From an uncultured delta proteobacterium (lineage in GTDB: Bacteria; Desulfobacterota; Desulfobacteria; Desulfobacterales; CAWEAR01): a stretch of DNA of 64,000 nt. The notes beneath the pieces are model-generated. The model had not been told where the DNA came from. It searched no databases and saw only the letters and a program-made list of their open reading frames with translations. Within the stretch, counting starts at the first letter, position 1; every line of letters begins with the position of its first letter. The translations under genes and the position numbers were made by a program. The stretch is from assembly GCA_963806835.1 (NCBI GenBank), contig CAWEAR010000033.1:33992-97991 (forward strand), in the 5' to 3' direction. Shown here one piece after another: positions 46,832 through 56,190 of this stretch.

Positions 46832-47143
46832 GGAAAAGTAACCGGTAACCGGGTAAAAATTCTGATAAGAAGTGCTGTAATTGTAAGTACGGACAATTTC
46901 AATCGCATTGCAGCCGTAAATGGGATGAAACTAATGCTATGCTGATATGAAAGCATTGCCTAAAAGCCGCGCTTGTGAACACTTCCTTTTTTGGTAGTGG
47001 GTCAAACCAGTTGATAAAGTGTACAACATTCCAAAAATATTTAGCTAAACTCAGTTTATCAACCGATTTGACCCATCACCACCTATCATTTTATAAATCA
47101 GCAACTATTATATCGAACTCACGTTAAATAGTAAAAACTTCCT

Positions 47144-47172
47144 TTGACAAGTGATAATTTTTGAGTTATAAG
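47144..47172 (+). promoter_or_regulatory. Sigma-70-like promoter upstream of fcl
   Basis: TTGACA (47144-47149), 17 nt, TATAAG (47167-47172), about 135 nt upstream of the fcl ATG. Confidence 0.4.
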
Positions 47173-47306
47173 TATAGGTTCTTTAGTGAATTTATCATTC
47201 ATCGTAAAGAATATATTTATAATAAATAAAGGCTCTTATTTAAAACAAGCATGTAACTGAGAGGGCGGAGCCATATCAACACTCTGCCATCTTGCCTAAA
47301 ATAATC

Positions 47307-48407
47307 ATGATTTCTTCAACATCCCGCATTTTTGTCGCCGGTCACAGGGGGATGGTCGGTTCTGCTATCCTTCGTTATCTTAAAGCTAAAGGCTTTCCCA
47401 ATATTATCACACGCACCCATGCTGAACTGGATTTGACTAATCAGCAGTCAGTCCGTGATTTTTTCAGAAATGAAAAGATAGATTATGTGGTTCTTGCTGC
47501 GGCAAGAGTCGGCGGCATTTATGCCAACAATTCTTATCCGGCTGAATTTATCTATCAGAATATCATGATTGAGTCAAATGTGATTCATGAGGCTTATAAA
47601 GCAGGAGTAGAAAGGCTTTTGTTTCTTGGCAGCAGTTGTATTTATCCGAAACATGCGACTCAGCCGATGAAAGAAGAGTATCTTCTTACAGGTTATCTTG
47701 AGCAGACCAATGAACCGTATGCAATTGCAAAAATTGCCGGAATAAAACTTTGTGAATCATATAACCGGCAATACGGAACAAAATACAGGTCGGTTATGCC
47801 GACCAATCTTTACGGTCCAAATGATAATTTTGATTTAAATACCTCTCATGTTCTTCCTGCCTTAATCCGAAAATGTCATCTTGCAAAACTTGCTGATAAT
47901 CGGGATTTAGATGGGATAAGAAAAGATGAATCAGTCTTTGGTAAAATTCCTGATGATATTCGTAATTCAATCGGAATCAATACTGATTTCTCTTTTTCCG
48001 CATCTCATTCTCCAAAAATTATTATATGGGGAACCGGCACACCTTACCGTGAATTTCTTCATGTGGATGATTTAGCCTCCGTATGTTTTTTTCTGATGCA
48101 GGCTGATGATACTTTATATGAAAAATTTACTCAGCCGATGTTGTCGCATATCAATATCGGAACCGGAAAAGATATAACTATTCGTGAGTTGGCTGAAGTT
48201 ATAAAGAAAGTAATCGGATTTGAAGGGGAGATAGTTTATGATTCCAGTCAGCCGGATGGAACGCCGAGAAAATTGCTTGATGTTTCCCTTATAAATAAAA
48301 TGGGTTGGAGAGCAAATATAAGTCTGAAAGAGGGTCTGATTCAGACATATAAATGGTACAAAGATAAATTAGGAATTTACATTGGAAGATTTACAAATAT
48401 CCTCTGA
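47307..48407 (+). CDS. fcl: GDP-L-fucose synthase
   Basis: [57 protein letters not shown]. It carries the long-loop variant between the last two blocks. The track ORF opens at TTG 47292. Confidence 0.9.
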   Translation: MISSTSRIFVAGHRGMVGSAILRYLKAKGFPNIITRTHAELDLTNQQSVRDFFRNEKIDYVVLAAARVGGIYANNSYPAEFIYQNIMIESNVIHEAYKAGVERLLFLGSSCIYPKHATQPMKEEYLLTGYLEQTNEPYAIAKIAGIKLCESYNRQYGTKYRSVMPTNLYGPNDNFDLNTSHVLPALIRKCHLAKLADNRDLDGIRKDESVFGKIPDDIRNSIGINTDFSFSASHSPKIIIWGTGTPYREFLHVDDLASVCFFLMQADDTLYEKFTQPMLSHINIGTGKDITIRELAEVIKKVIGFEGEIVYDSSQPDGTPRKLLDVSLINKMGWRANISLKEGLIQTYKWYKDKLGIYIGRFTNIL

Positions 48408-48420
48408 TAAAATTAAAATA

Positions 48421-48563
48421 AAGAGAATTGAATATGACTCATTCGGCAACATCATAAACGACACAAACCCTGCATTTGCCGTACCCTTCGGCTTCGCAGG
48501 CGGGCTGTATGACAGTAGTGCGGTTCGGCTACCGTGATTACGACCCGGATACAGGGCGATAGG
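48421..48563 (+). pseudogene. Remnant of an RHS/YD-repeat core C-terminus
   Basis: [29 protein letters not shown], then (frame change) [12 protein letters not shown] reproduces the terminal YD repeats of RHS cores. There is no start codon, no upstream repeats and no toxin tip. Confidence 0.6.
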
Positions 48564-48573
48564 TAAACAACAA

Positions 48574-48975
48574 ATGATCCATTTAATTCAATCAAAATTA
48601 TTAAGTTCAACCCCGGAACAGGCAAAAGATACAGGTCTTGCCATGATTCTGATATGCCTGCTGATTGCCCATTTTGGAAAGATTTATCAATTTGTTCCGA
48701 TTGCGATTATCCTTCTGCTTATTGTAATGATTTTTCCTAATTTCTTTAAGCCTTTTGCATGGTTCTGGTTCGGTCTTTCCAATCTGTTGGGAACAGTTGC
48801 TTCAAAAATAATATTGTCAATCCTCTTCTTTGTTCTGGTTACACCTGTCGGATTTATCCGGCGTCTTGCCGGTGCAGATACTTTGCAGCTCAAAGAATGG
48901 AAAAAAAGCAAAGAATCGGTTTTTAAGGTTCGGGATCATCAATTTTCAGCAGAAGATGTGGAAAATCCTTATTGA
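48574..48975 (+). CDS. SxtJ-like small membrane protein
   Basis: 133 aa with 3 TM helices. The family is usually found with DUF5989 and a carbamoyltransferase, and both are present downstream. Confidence 0.5.
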   Translation: MIHLIQSKLLSSTPEQAKDTGLAMILICLLIAHFGKIYQFVPIAIILLLIVMIFPNFFKPFAWFWFGLSNLLGTVASKIILSILFFVLVTPVGFIRRLAGADTLQLKEWKKSKESVFKVRDHQFSAEDVENPY

Positions 48976-49235
48976 GTCTATTCTGGTGTGTCACACTTTA
49001 CATGGTACAAGGATTCTTTATAAGAAGATGATTATAAGAAACAGATTTTTATTCTTTTTTTAGGCTCTTCAATCTTTTTTGCGGATTTGCATAGGGGCAA
49101 ATAATTATTCGCCCCTACAGTCTGAAATTTCCACAAAAATCCTTGAAGAACCTCCTTTTTGTTATAAAAAATCCCTGTACCATAAAGAAAAAAATAAAAA
49201 TCCGTAATTTCTCACAATTTTTGAAAAATTTTATT

Positions 49236-49844
49236 ATGGCATTTTCAGATTTTAAATCAGTTTCACAAGTTCAGGAAAAATATAAAATAAAATATGTTGA
49301 AGATAACTTTATAGAATATCGGGAATATCCAGTGTCCGAATTTTTTTTAAAGGAATCTGAGTTTAACAGAGAACATATAGATATTTTTATATCTGAAGCA
49401 TCAAGATGTGAAAATATCATTTATCCTGTTTTAAGGGAAGTATATAAAAATTTTGCTGAAAAATATTCTCTTTGGAGTCATAAATCTATCTCTTATGATG
49501 AGGAATTAACCGGCACTCCTGATTATATTATATCAACAAGATCAGATTTGGGAAAAACAGTTATGGGATTGCCGCTTGTTCTTATAACAGAAGCAAAGCA
49601 GAATAATTTTACTGAAGGCTGGGGGCAATGTCTTGCAGAATTGATAGCGGCTCAGAAAATCAATAAAAATGATGTGTTTCCTGTGTATGGTATTGTAACA
49701 GACGGCGAGTTATGGCAATTCGGAAGGCTTGAGTCAAATATCTTTACAAAACAGAAAACAGGATTGACAATTGACAATATAGAAAAAATATTCGGGGCGA
49801 TAAATTATTTACTCGCCTTGCATGGCGTCATTCTTGATGAATGA
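49236..49844 (+). CDS. PD-(D/E)xK nuclease-fold hypothetical protein
   Basis: GTPDYIIS...LPLVLITEAKQNNFTEGWGQCLAELIAAQ...VYGIVTDGELWQF gives a D...EAK signature. The track ORF opens at TTG 49143. ATG 49236 is more plausible. Confidence 0.55.
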   Translation: MAFSDFKSVSQVQEKYKIKYVEDNFIEYREYPVSEFFLKESEFNREHIDIFISEASRCENIIYPVLREVYKNFAEKYSLWSHKSISYDEELTGTPDYIISTRSDLGKTVMGLPLVLITEAKQNNFTEGWGQCLAELIAAQKINKNDVFPVYGIVTDGELWQFGRLESNIFTKQKTGLTIDNIEKIFGAINYLLALHGVILDE

Positions 49845-49885
49845 CAGAATTAATATCAATTTCAGCTTTTTATGAGGAATAAATT

Positions 49886-50035
49886 ATGGATTTCTTAAAA
49901 GATTTCTGGGGATTTTTAAAAGTACGCAAAAAATATTGGTTATTGCCGATTATCCTTACCCTCCTGTTATTCGGCGGACTCATTGTTCTTACAGGCGAAT
50001 CCACGGTCGCTCCATTTATCTATACACTCTTTTAG
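49886..50035 (+). CDS. DUF5989 (SxtK-like) small membrane protein, absent from the ORF track (49 aa)
   Basis: MDFLKDFWGFLKVRKKYWLLPIILTLLLFGGLIVLTGESTVAPFIYTLF* closely follows the conserved DUF5989 pattern. It lies directly upstream of the carbamoyltransferase. Confidence 0.75.
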   Translation: MDFLKDFWGFLKVRKKYWLLPIILTLLLFGGLIVLTGESTVAPFIYTLF

Positions 50036-50040
50036 TTAAT

Positions 50041-50073
50041 AAACCCTAAGGGTTTTGAAGACCCTTAGGGTTT
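50041..50073. repeat. Family P2 palindrome
   Basis: aaaccctaagggttttgaagacccttagggttt between the DUF5989 gene and the carbamoyltransferase. Confidence 0.85.
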
Positions 50074-50088
50074 CCTTTAAGATAACCA

Positions 50089-51960
50089 ATGACAACAAAA
50101 TCAATCTTAGGAATATCAGCTTATTATCATGACAGTGCGGCGGTTCTTCTCACAGACGGAGAGATTATCGCTGCTGCTCAGGAGGAGCGGTTCACGCGCA
50201 AAAAGCATGATGCTTCTTTTCCGACAAATGCGGCAAGATATGTGCTTGAAGAATCAGGTTTAAATATAGATGATTTGAGTGCAGTGGCGTTTTATGAAAA
50301 GCCGTATCTTAAATTTGAGCGTCTGCTTGAAACATATCACGGCTTTGCTCCACGAGGGATAATGAGCTTTCTTTCTGCCATACCTGTATGGATCAAAGAA
50401 AAACTCTTTATGCGAAAAATGCTGAATGATGAACTGGTTAAGCTGGGTTCATCAGGAGATAATAAAATCAACCTGCTTTTCCCTGAACATCATCTTTCAC
50501 ATGCGGCGAGCGCGTTTTATCCTTCCCCGTTTGAAGAAGCGGCTATACTCACGGTTGACGGGGTTGGAGAATGGGCAACTACAACTATCGGCTTTGGAAA
50601 AGGAAAAGATATATCAATTCTGCGTGAACTTCATTTTCCTCATTCAATAGGGCTGCTCTATTCTGCTTTTACCTATTACTGCGGGTTCAAGGTGAACAGC
50701 GGAGAGTACAAACTGATGGGATTAGCTCCTTACGGCAACCCTGATTCAGAGCAGACAAAGCAATGGAAAAAAAAGATTCTTGATGAAATGATAGATGTTC
50801 GGGAAGACGGTTCTCTTTTGCTGAACATGGATTATTTTAATTTTGCAACAGATTTAACCATGTGCAGAAATGATTTATGGGAATCGTTTTTCGGAATTCC
50901 AAGAAGAACGCCTGAAACCAAACTGAATCAGTCTTATATGAATATGGCGTTGGCTATTCAGCAGGTTACTGAAGATGTGATCTTTTCTCTGGCGCACACG
51001 GCTAAAAAACTGACTGACTGCAAATATCTGACAATGGCTGGCGGTGTTGCTTTGAATTGCGTTGCAAACGGAAAACTGCTGCGTGAAAATATCTTCAAAG
51101 ATTTGTGGATTCAGCCTGCTGCCGGAGATGCAGGCGGAGCATTGGGTACCGCATTAGCAGCATGGCATATCAAAGAGGGGAATAATCGGAAAACAGACAA
51201 AAAGAGTGATAAAATGAAAGGGGCATATCTGGGACCTGAATTCAGCGATTCAGAGATACTGCGGATTACCAGACGTTATCAGGCTCCTTATCATTATTAT
51301 GCTGATTTTGATCAGCTTTGTCATGAGATTGCAAAGATTTTGAGTCGGGGTAATGTTGTAGGCTGGTTTCAGGGAAAAATGGAATATGGTCCCAGAGCAT
51401 TGGGAAACCGAAGCATTATCGGAGATCCCAGATTGCCGGATATGCAGAAAAAACTCAATCTGAAAATCAAATATCGGGAAGGATTCAGACCTTTTGCTCC
51501 CTCTGTTATTGAAGAGGATATCGGAACTTATTTTGATCTGGATCGTCCGTCCCCTTATATGCTTCTGGTGGCAATGGTAAAAGAAGATCGCCGGAATCCC
51601 ATGCCGGAAGGATATGAAAATATGGAGATGTACGAACGGCTTTATCATCTCCGTTCGGATATTCCGGCTATTACCCATGTTGATTATTCTGCAAGAATTC
51701 AGTCAGTAAGCAGAGAGACAAACGAAAGATACTGGAGACTTGTCAATATATTTAAAGAAGATACAGGCTACGGAGTTATTGTAAATACCAGTTTCAATGT
51801 TCGCGGAGAGCCTATTGTATGCACTCCTGATGACGCATACCGCTGTTTTATGCGTACTGAAATGGATTTTCTGGTGATAGGTAATTTTCTGTTTGATAAG
51901 AAAAATCAGCCTGAATGGAAAGATAAGAGAGATTGGCGATCTGAGTATGAGCTGGATTAA
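50089..51960 (+). CDS. Carbamoyltransferase (NodU/CmcH family)
   Basis: 623 aa. ILGISAYYHDSAAVL, EERFTRKKHD, LTMAGGVALNCVANG, NTSFNVRGEPIV. Confidence 0.9.
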   Translation: MTTKSILGISAYYHDSAAVLLTDGEIIAAAQEERFTRKKHDASFPTNAARYVLEESGLNIDDLSAVAFYEKPYLKFERLLETYHGFAPRGIMSFLSAIPVWIKEKLFMRKMLNDELVKLGSSGDNKINLLFPEHHLSHAASAFYPSPFEEAAILTVDGVGEWATTTIGFGKGKDISILRELHFPHSIGLLYSAFTYYCGFKVNSGEYKLMGLAPYGNPDSEQTKQWKKKILDEMIDVREDGSLLLNMDYFNFATDLTMCRNDLWESFFGIPRRTPETKLNQSYMNMALAIQQVTEDVIFSLAHTAKKLTDCKYLTMAGGVALNCVANGKLLRENIFKDLWIQPAAGDAGGALGTALAAWHIKEGNNRKTDKKSDKMKGAYLGPEFSDSEILRITRRYQAPYHYYADFDQLCHEIAKILSRGNVVGWFQGKMEYGPRALGNRSIIGDPRLPDMQKKLNLKIKYREGFRPFAPSVIEEDIGTYFDLDRPSPYMLLVAMVKEDRRNPMPEGYENMEMYERLYHLRSDIPAITHVDYSARIQSVSRETNERYWRLVNIFKEDTGYGVIVNTSFNVRGEPIVCTPDDAYRCFMRTEMDFLVIGNFLFDKKNQPEWKDKRDWRSEYELD

Positions 51961-52602
51961 ATGATGAATAATATCCGACCTGAAAATCTGCCTGAAAATC
52001 TGATTGATAAGCGGAGAAGATTTATTTCGCTTGCATTAAAATATGCAAAGCCCGGATCAGGAAGTCATTCTGATTTTTTAAAAAACAGAACATTGAAATA
52101 TTTGATTCCAAAGCTGAAAGATATTTTTATTAAAACCCGGTTTGTTATTGTCGGAGGTCTTGCAACCCGGCTTTATATGCCGGAGCGAATGACGCTGGAC
52201 GTGGATATTCTTATTCTCAGCGATGATGCTTTAATAGCTGAAAATGAACTGAAAAGAGCAGGATGTCAAAAAGTTGGAATTTTATCTATCGGAGGAAGTA
52301 CATGGAAGTTGCCTGATAATACTTCTGTTGATGTAATTATCTGTAATGAAGAATGGATATATGAATCAATCTCTTATCCTGTGATTGCATCTGACGGTCT
52401 TCCCTATATTGATTTGCCGTATCTGGTTCTTATGAAATTTCAGTCAGGGCGTCTTCAGGATATGGCAGATATAAGCCGGATGCTGGGTCACGCTGGTGAA
52501 GATTATCTGAAAAAGACCCGGAGACTTTTTCAAGATTATATTCCGAATGCCTCTGAAGATTTGGAAAGCCTTATTTTACTTGGAAAATTAGAAAGTTGCT
52601 AA
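51961..52602 (+). CDS. Minimal nucleotidyltransferase-fold protein
   Basis: FVIVGGLATRLYMPERMTLDVDILI carries the same G[GS]..D.D signature as the 3493 gene. Its ATG abuts the carbamoyltransferase stop (TAAATG). Confidence 0.5.
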   Translation: MMNNIRPENLPENLIDKRRRFISLALKYAKPGSGSHSDFLKNRTLKYLIPKLKDIFIKTRFVIVGGLATRLYMPERMTLDVDILILSDDALIAENELKRAGCQKVGILSIGGSTWKLPDNTSVDVIICNEEWIYESISYPVIASDGLPYIDLPYLVLMKFQSGRLQDMADISRMLGHAGEDYLKKTRRLFQDYIPNASEDLESLILLGKLESC

Positions 52603-52683
52603 ATTAGATAATATTTTTATGGAAGATTGAGACTGATAACAGATAAATTATAAAATAAAAATTCTTATCAAAGGTAATTTATT

Positions 52684-52920
52684 ATGATTAATGGCATCCG
52701 ACAACAGACTATTGTAAGAGAAGGCGGAAAAATTGAGATTATTTCATCAGAATTACCTGTCGGCAAAAAAGTTGAAGTGTTTGTCTGGATAGAACCTTCT
52801 GAACAGGATACTACTGAATATTTACTCTCCACCGAAGCTAACAGGAAACATCTCTTACAGGCAATAAAAGATTTGGAAGACAAATCATCTTATATCTATG
52901 TCAATTCCGATGAGTTATGA
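52684..52920 (+). CDS. Antitoxin partner of YoeB (YefM-like C-terminus)
   Basis: 78 aa. C-terminal TEYLLSTEANRKHLLQAIKDLE is YefM/Phd-like. Its stop overlaps the yoeB ATG (ATGA). Confidence 0.65.
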   Translation: MINGIRQQTIVREGGKIEIISSELPVGKKVEVFVWIEPSEQDTTEYLLSTEANRKHLLQAIKDLEDKSSYIYVNSDEL

Positions 52921-53177
52921 AAAAAATAGCTTTTCTGCCCAAAGCATTTGAAGATTTTAATTTTTGGGCAAAAGAAGATAAGAAGATTTATAAAAAAATA
53001 GTTGATCTCATTAAAGATATTGAACGGAGTCCTTTTCATGGGATTGGTAAACCCGAACCTTTGAAATATGAATTTAAAGGTCTGTGGTCAAGACGTATAA
53101 CTGAAGAACACCGACTTGTATATAAGATTACAGAAGAAGAAATTATTCTTCTTTCATGCAGATTTCATTATATTTAA
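52917..53177 (+). CDS. yoeB: YoeB/Txe family toxin
   Basis: 86 aa. F...A.EDF.FW...DKKIYKKIVDLIKDIERSPF.GIGKPEPLKYEFKGLWSRRITEEHRLVY...SCRFHY. Confidence 0.85.
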   Translation: MKKIAFLPKAFEDFNFWAKEDKKIYKKIVDLIKDIERSPFHGIGKPEPLKYEFKGLWSRRITEEHRLVYKITEEEIILLSCRFHYI

Positions 53178-53208
53178 GGATCATTATCTTTAGAATAATC
53201 TATTAATT

Positions 53209-54382
53209 ATGCTTACTTCTTCTGAAATTCAGATCCATTCTGAAAAACGGCGAAAACAGTTCTGTTGAATTCAAAGACGCTCAGGTCAGACCAGAATCGC
53301 TTTCCAAAGAGATGGCGGCTTTTGCCAATACACAGGGCGGGGTTATTCTGCTCGGAGTTTCAGATCAGGGGATTGCCCAAGGATTGGATGAGCAGTTTCC
53401 ATATGAAGAATGGGTGATGAATATTGCCCGACAAAATGTTGTTCCGGGATTGCGGGCAGAATTTCAGTCAGCCGATATTCAGGGTAAGAAAATAGGAATT
53501 ATCCATGTTCCAAAAGGTAAAGATAAACCTTATCAGACGATTGACGGCAAATATCTGATTCGCATCGGTTCGACAAACAGAATTGCAACACATTCGGAAC
53601 TGATGCGGTTATTTCAGGGATCAGGGTTATTTCATTACGATCAGATTCCGGTTTATGGTACAAGTATTCAGGATTTAAACTTTTCCAGTTTAGATTCATA
53701 TTTCCGGCGTTATGAGATTACTTTTTCACAGGAGAAAGAATCAGAAAAAAAGATTCTATTAATTAACAGTGATATTCTGACTGAAACAGGTGAGACAAGC
53801 ATCGCGGGTCTGCTTATTTTTGGTATAAATCCGGTCAGATATTTGATGCAATCCGGGATAACTTTTGCTCATTTCAAAGGAACGGAGATTACAGATATAC
53901 TGATTGACAAACAGAGTATTGAAGGAACATTGGATTTTCAGATTGATACAGCATTTGCCGTGATTAAAAATAATCTGCTTACCCCATCCGTGATAACAGG
54001 AACAAGACGTGAAGATATTCGTAAAATGTATCCTGATGCGGTATTCCGGGAAGTTCTGACAAATGCGGCAGTGCATCGGAATTATTCAATATCAGGTTCT
54101 AAAATCAGGGTATTCATGTTTGACGACCGGCTGGAAATCATCAGTCCGGGGCGACTGCCTAACACTGTAACCATTGAAAAACTGAAAGCGGGTGTCTCTT
54201 ACGCTGTTAACCCGATTATTGTCAAATTTATGGAGAATCTCCGTTATATGGATCAACTGGGACGGGGGCTTCCAATGGTCTGGCGTGAAGCAAACCGTCT
54301 GAAAAGTAAAGTGGAATTCAAAGAGATCGGAGAGGAATTCAAGGTAACGCTCTTTTTTCCCGATAAAAAAGGTCAGGCATAA
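53209..54382 (+). CDS. Schlafen-like AlbA_2 + GHKL-type ATPase domain protein (COG2865-like), N-terminal frameshift near 53233
   Basis: After the shift: ILKNGENSSVEFKDAQVRPESLSKEMAAFANTQGGVILLGVSDQG (AlbA_2 signature). C-terminal REVLTNAAVHRNY...GRLPN (HATPase_c_4-like). The ATG at 53209 is in a different frame from the 53312 ORF. Confidence 0.65.
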
Positions 54383-54383
54383 A

Positions 54384-54803
54384 ATGGGGCTTATACATAC
54401 AGAAATTGAACTGATCAGCAGCGATGATCTGGCATTGTTAAGAAGGGGTTATCTGCAAGAAGATAAAGTAAGAAGAATGTTTGTAAAAGTTCTTGTAGAT
54501 ACTGGTTCTTATATGCTGGCGATCAATGAAGCGATTAAAATTCAGCTTGGGCTTGAAAAACTGGATGAACAGATGGGAGAACTTGCAAACGGTTCCAAAG
54601 CAGTTTTTGATATTGTCGGTCCCGTGGATATCCGTTTTGAAAACAGAAAAACAACAGTCCGTGCTGTTGTTTTACCGGGTGATACAGAACCGTTACTCGG
54701 TTCTATTCCTATGGAAGATATGGATATATTAGTTGATCCAAGAGAGCAGAAACTTATTGTAAATCCTGCAAGTCCATATATGGCAAAAAAATCCCTTAAA
54801 TAA
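54384..54803 (+). CDS. Retropepsin-like (clan AA) aspartic protease
   Basis: 139 aa. Catalytic motif VLVDTGSYMLAIN and a C-terminal LLGSIPMEDM flap/dimer region. It starts 1 nt after the previous stop. Confidence 0.7.
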   Translation: MGLIHTEIELISSDDLALLRRGYLQEDKVRRMFVKVLVDTGSYMLAINEAIKIQLGLEKLDEQMGELANGSKAVFDIVGPVDIRFENRKTTVRAVVLPGDTEPLLGSIPMEDMDILVDPREQKLIVNPASPYMAKKSLK

Positions 54804-54815
54804 GAGCTTACAGAA

Positions 54816-55667
54816 ATGACACAAATAACTGAGATTGAACAGGAACATATAAAGATAATTGAGCCGTCCAAGGGATGGAGCTTTCCTGATCTGCGTGAAG
54901 TATGGCGGTACCGTGAACTCCTTCTGCTTTTGGTGTGGCGTGATACAGTAGTGCGTTATAAACAGAGTATTGTCGGAGTTGGCTGGGCAATCATCAAGCC
55001 GGTTATATCTATGGTGGTATTCAGCATTGTCTTTGGTCAGCTTGCAAGACTCCCCTCTGACGGGGTTCCGTATCCGATTTTTACTTATGTGGCGATTCTG
55101 CCCTGGGGATATTTTGCAGGCTGTCTTGGCGGATCAAGCAGCAGCCTTGTCGGCGGTGCAGGGATTATGTCCAAAGTCTATTTCCCGCGTCTTATTCTCC
55201 CTCTTTCAACCTTATTTGCCGGAATGGTTGATTTTTTTATATCTTTTCTTGTTCTTATTGCCATGATGTTCTGGTATCATGATCAGATAATAATTACATG
55301 GGGGATTTTCTGTCTGCCATTTTTTCTTTTTCTTGCTATGATGACAGGTCTTGCATTCGGTCTTTGGCTGACATCATTCACTGTGAAATATCGGGATGTG
55401 GCGCATTTATTGCCTTTTATTTCACAGATATGGATGTATCTGACTCCGGTAGCTTATACAGCCTCTCTGGTCCCTGAACAATGGAGAATGATTTATTCGT
55501 TAAATCCAATGGTCGGTGTGATTAATGGCTTCAGATGGGCGTTACTTGGACAGACTCAGCCGGATTGGTTTGCAATTTCAATGAGTACAATCGTTACAGC
55601 AATTGTTCTTATTTCAGGGCTTTATTATTTCAAAAAAACAGAGCGGACGTTTATTGATATTGTTTGA
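54816..55667 (+). CDS. wzm: ABC-2 type polysaccharide export permease (Wzm/KpsM/TagG-like)
   Basis: 283 aa with 6 TM helices. N-terminal ELW.YRELL..LVWRD..VRYKQS.VG..WA..P is typical of Wzm. Confidence 0.8.
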   Translation: MTQITEIEQEHIKIIEPSKGWSFPDLREVWRYRELLLLLVWRDTVVRYKQSIVGVGWAIIKPVISMVVFSIVFGQLARLPSDGVPYPIFTYVAILPWGYFAGCLGGSSSSLVGGAGIMSKVYFPRLILPLSTLFAGMVDFFISFLVLIAMMFWYHDQIIITWGIFCLPFFLFLAMMTGLAFGLWLTSFTVKYRDVAHLLPFISQIWMYLTPVAYTASLVPEQWRMIYSLNPMVGVINGFRWALLGQTQPDWFAISMSTIVTAIVLISGLYYFKKTERTFIDIV

Positions 55668-55704
55668 AGAGTATTCGGAAGTCTTGATTTAACAGGAGAA
55701 ATAT

Positions 55705-56178
55705 ATGAATTGGCAGGAAGTATGCAAAAATAGATACTTGCAGAATTTGCCGTTCAAAATTGAGCTGAATGAAGATGGAAAAATTACGATGTCTCCTGTC
55801 AAGGTTTATCATTCTGCATATCAGGGAAAAATATCAGCTTTATTATATTTAAACACAGATGGCGGAGAAGTTTTGGCGGAATGTGCAATAAAAACAGATA
55901 AAGGAACTAAAGTTGCCGATGTTGCATGGGCGTCTGATGAAAAATTCAAACATATTAAAAATGAAGCTGAATGTTCTGTTTCTCCTGAAATTTGTGTTGA
56001 AATTTTATCTTCAGGCAATACTGAAAAAGAAATAAAAGAAAAGAGAGATTTATATTTTAAAAGCGGCGCTGAAGAAGTATGGATATGTAACAAAAAAGGG
56101 AGGATACATTTTTATAATTCCGAAAAGGGTAAAATAAAAGAATCTGAATTATCGCCTGATTTTCCAAATAAAATATGA
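55705..56178 (+). CDS. Uma2 (DUF820) family endonuclease-fold protein
   Basis: VADVAWAS...PEICVEILSSGNTEKEIKEKRDLYFKSGAEEVWICN follows the Uma2 PD-(D/E)xK pattern. Confidence 0.65.
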   Translation: MNWQEVCKNRYLQNLPFKIELNEDGKITMSPVKVYHSAYQGKISALLYLNTDGGEVLAECAIKTDKGTKVADVAWASDEKFKHIKNEAECSVSPEICVEILSSGNTEKEIKEKRDLYFKSGAEEVWICNKKGRIHFYNSEKGKIKESELSPDFPNKI

Positions 56179-56190
56179 CGGTATAAAAAT

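Noticed and set aside
46896-46931. Single 36-nt sequence ATTTCAATCGCATTGCAGCCGTAAATGGGATGAAAC, whose ends resemble a CRISPR repeat (..TTTCAAT...ATGAAAC).
   Set aside because: Only one copy is in the window, with no adjacent repeat or spacer periodicity and no cas genes. The resemblance is too weak to call.
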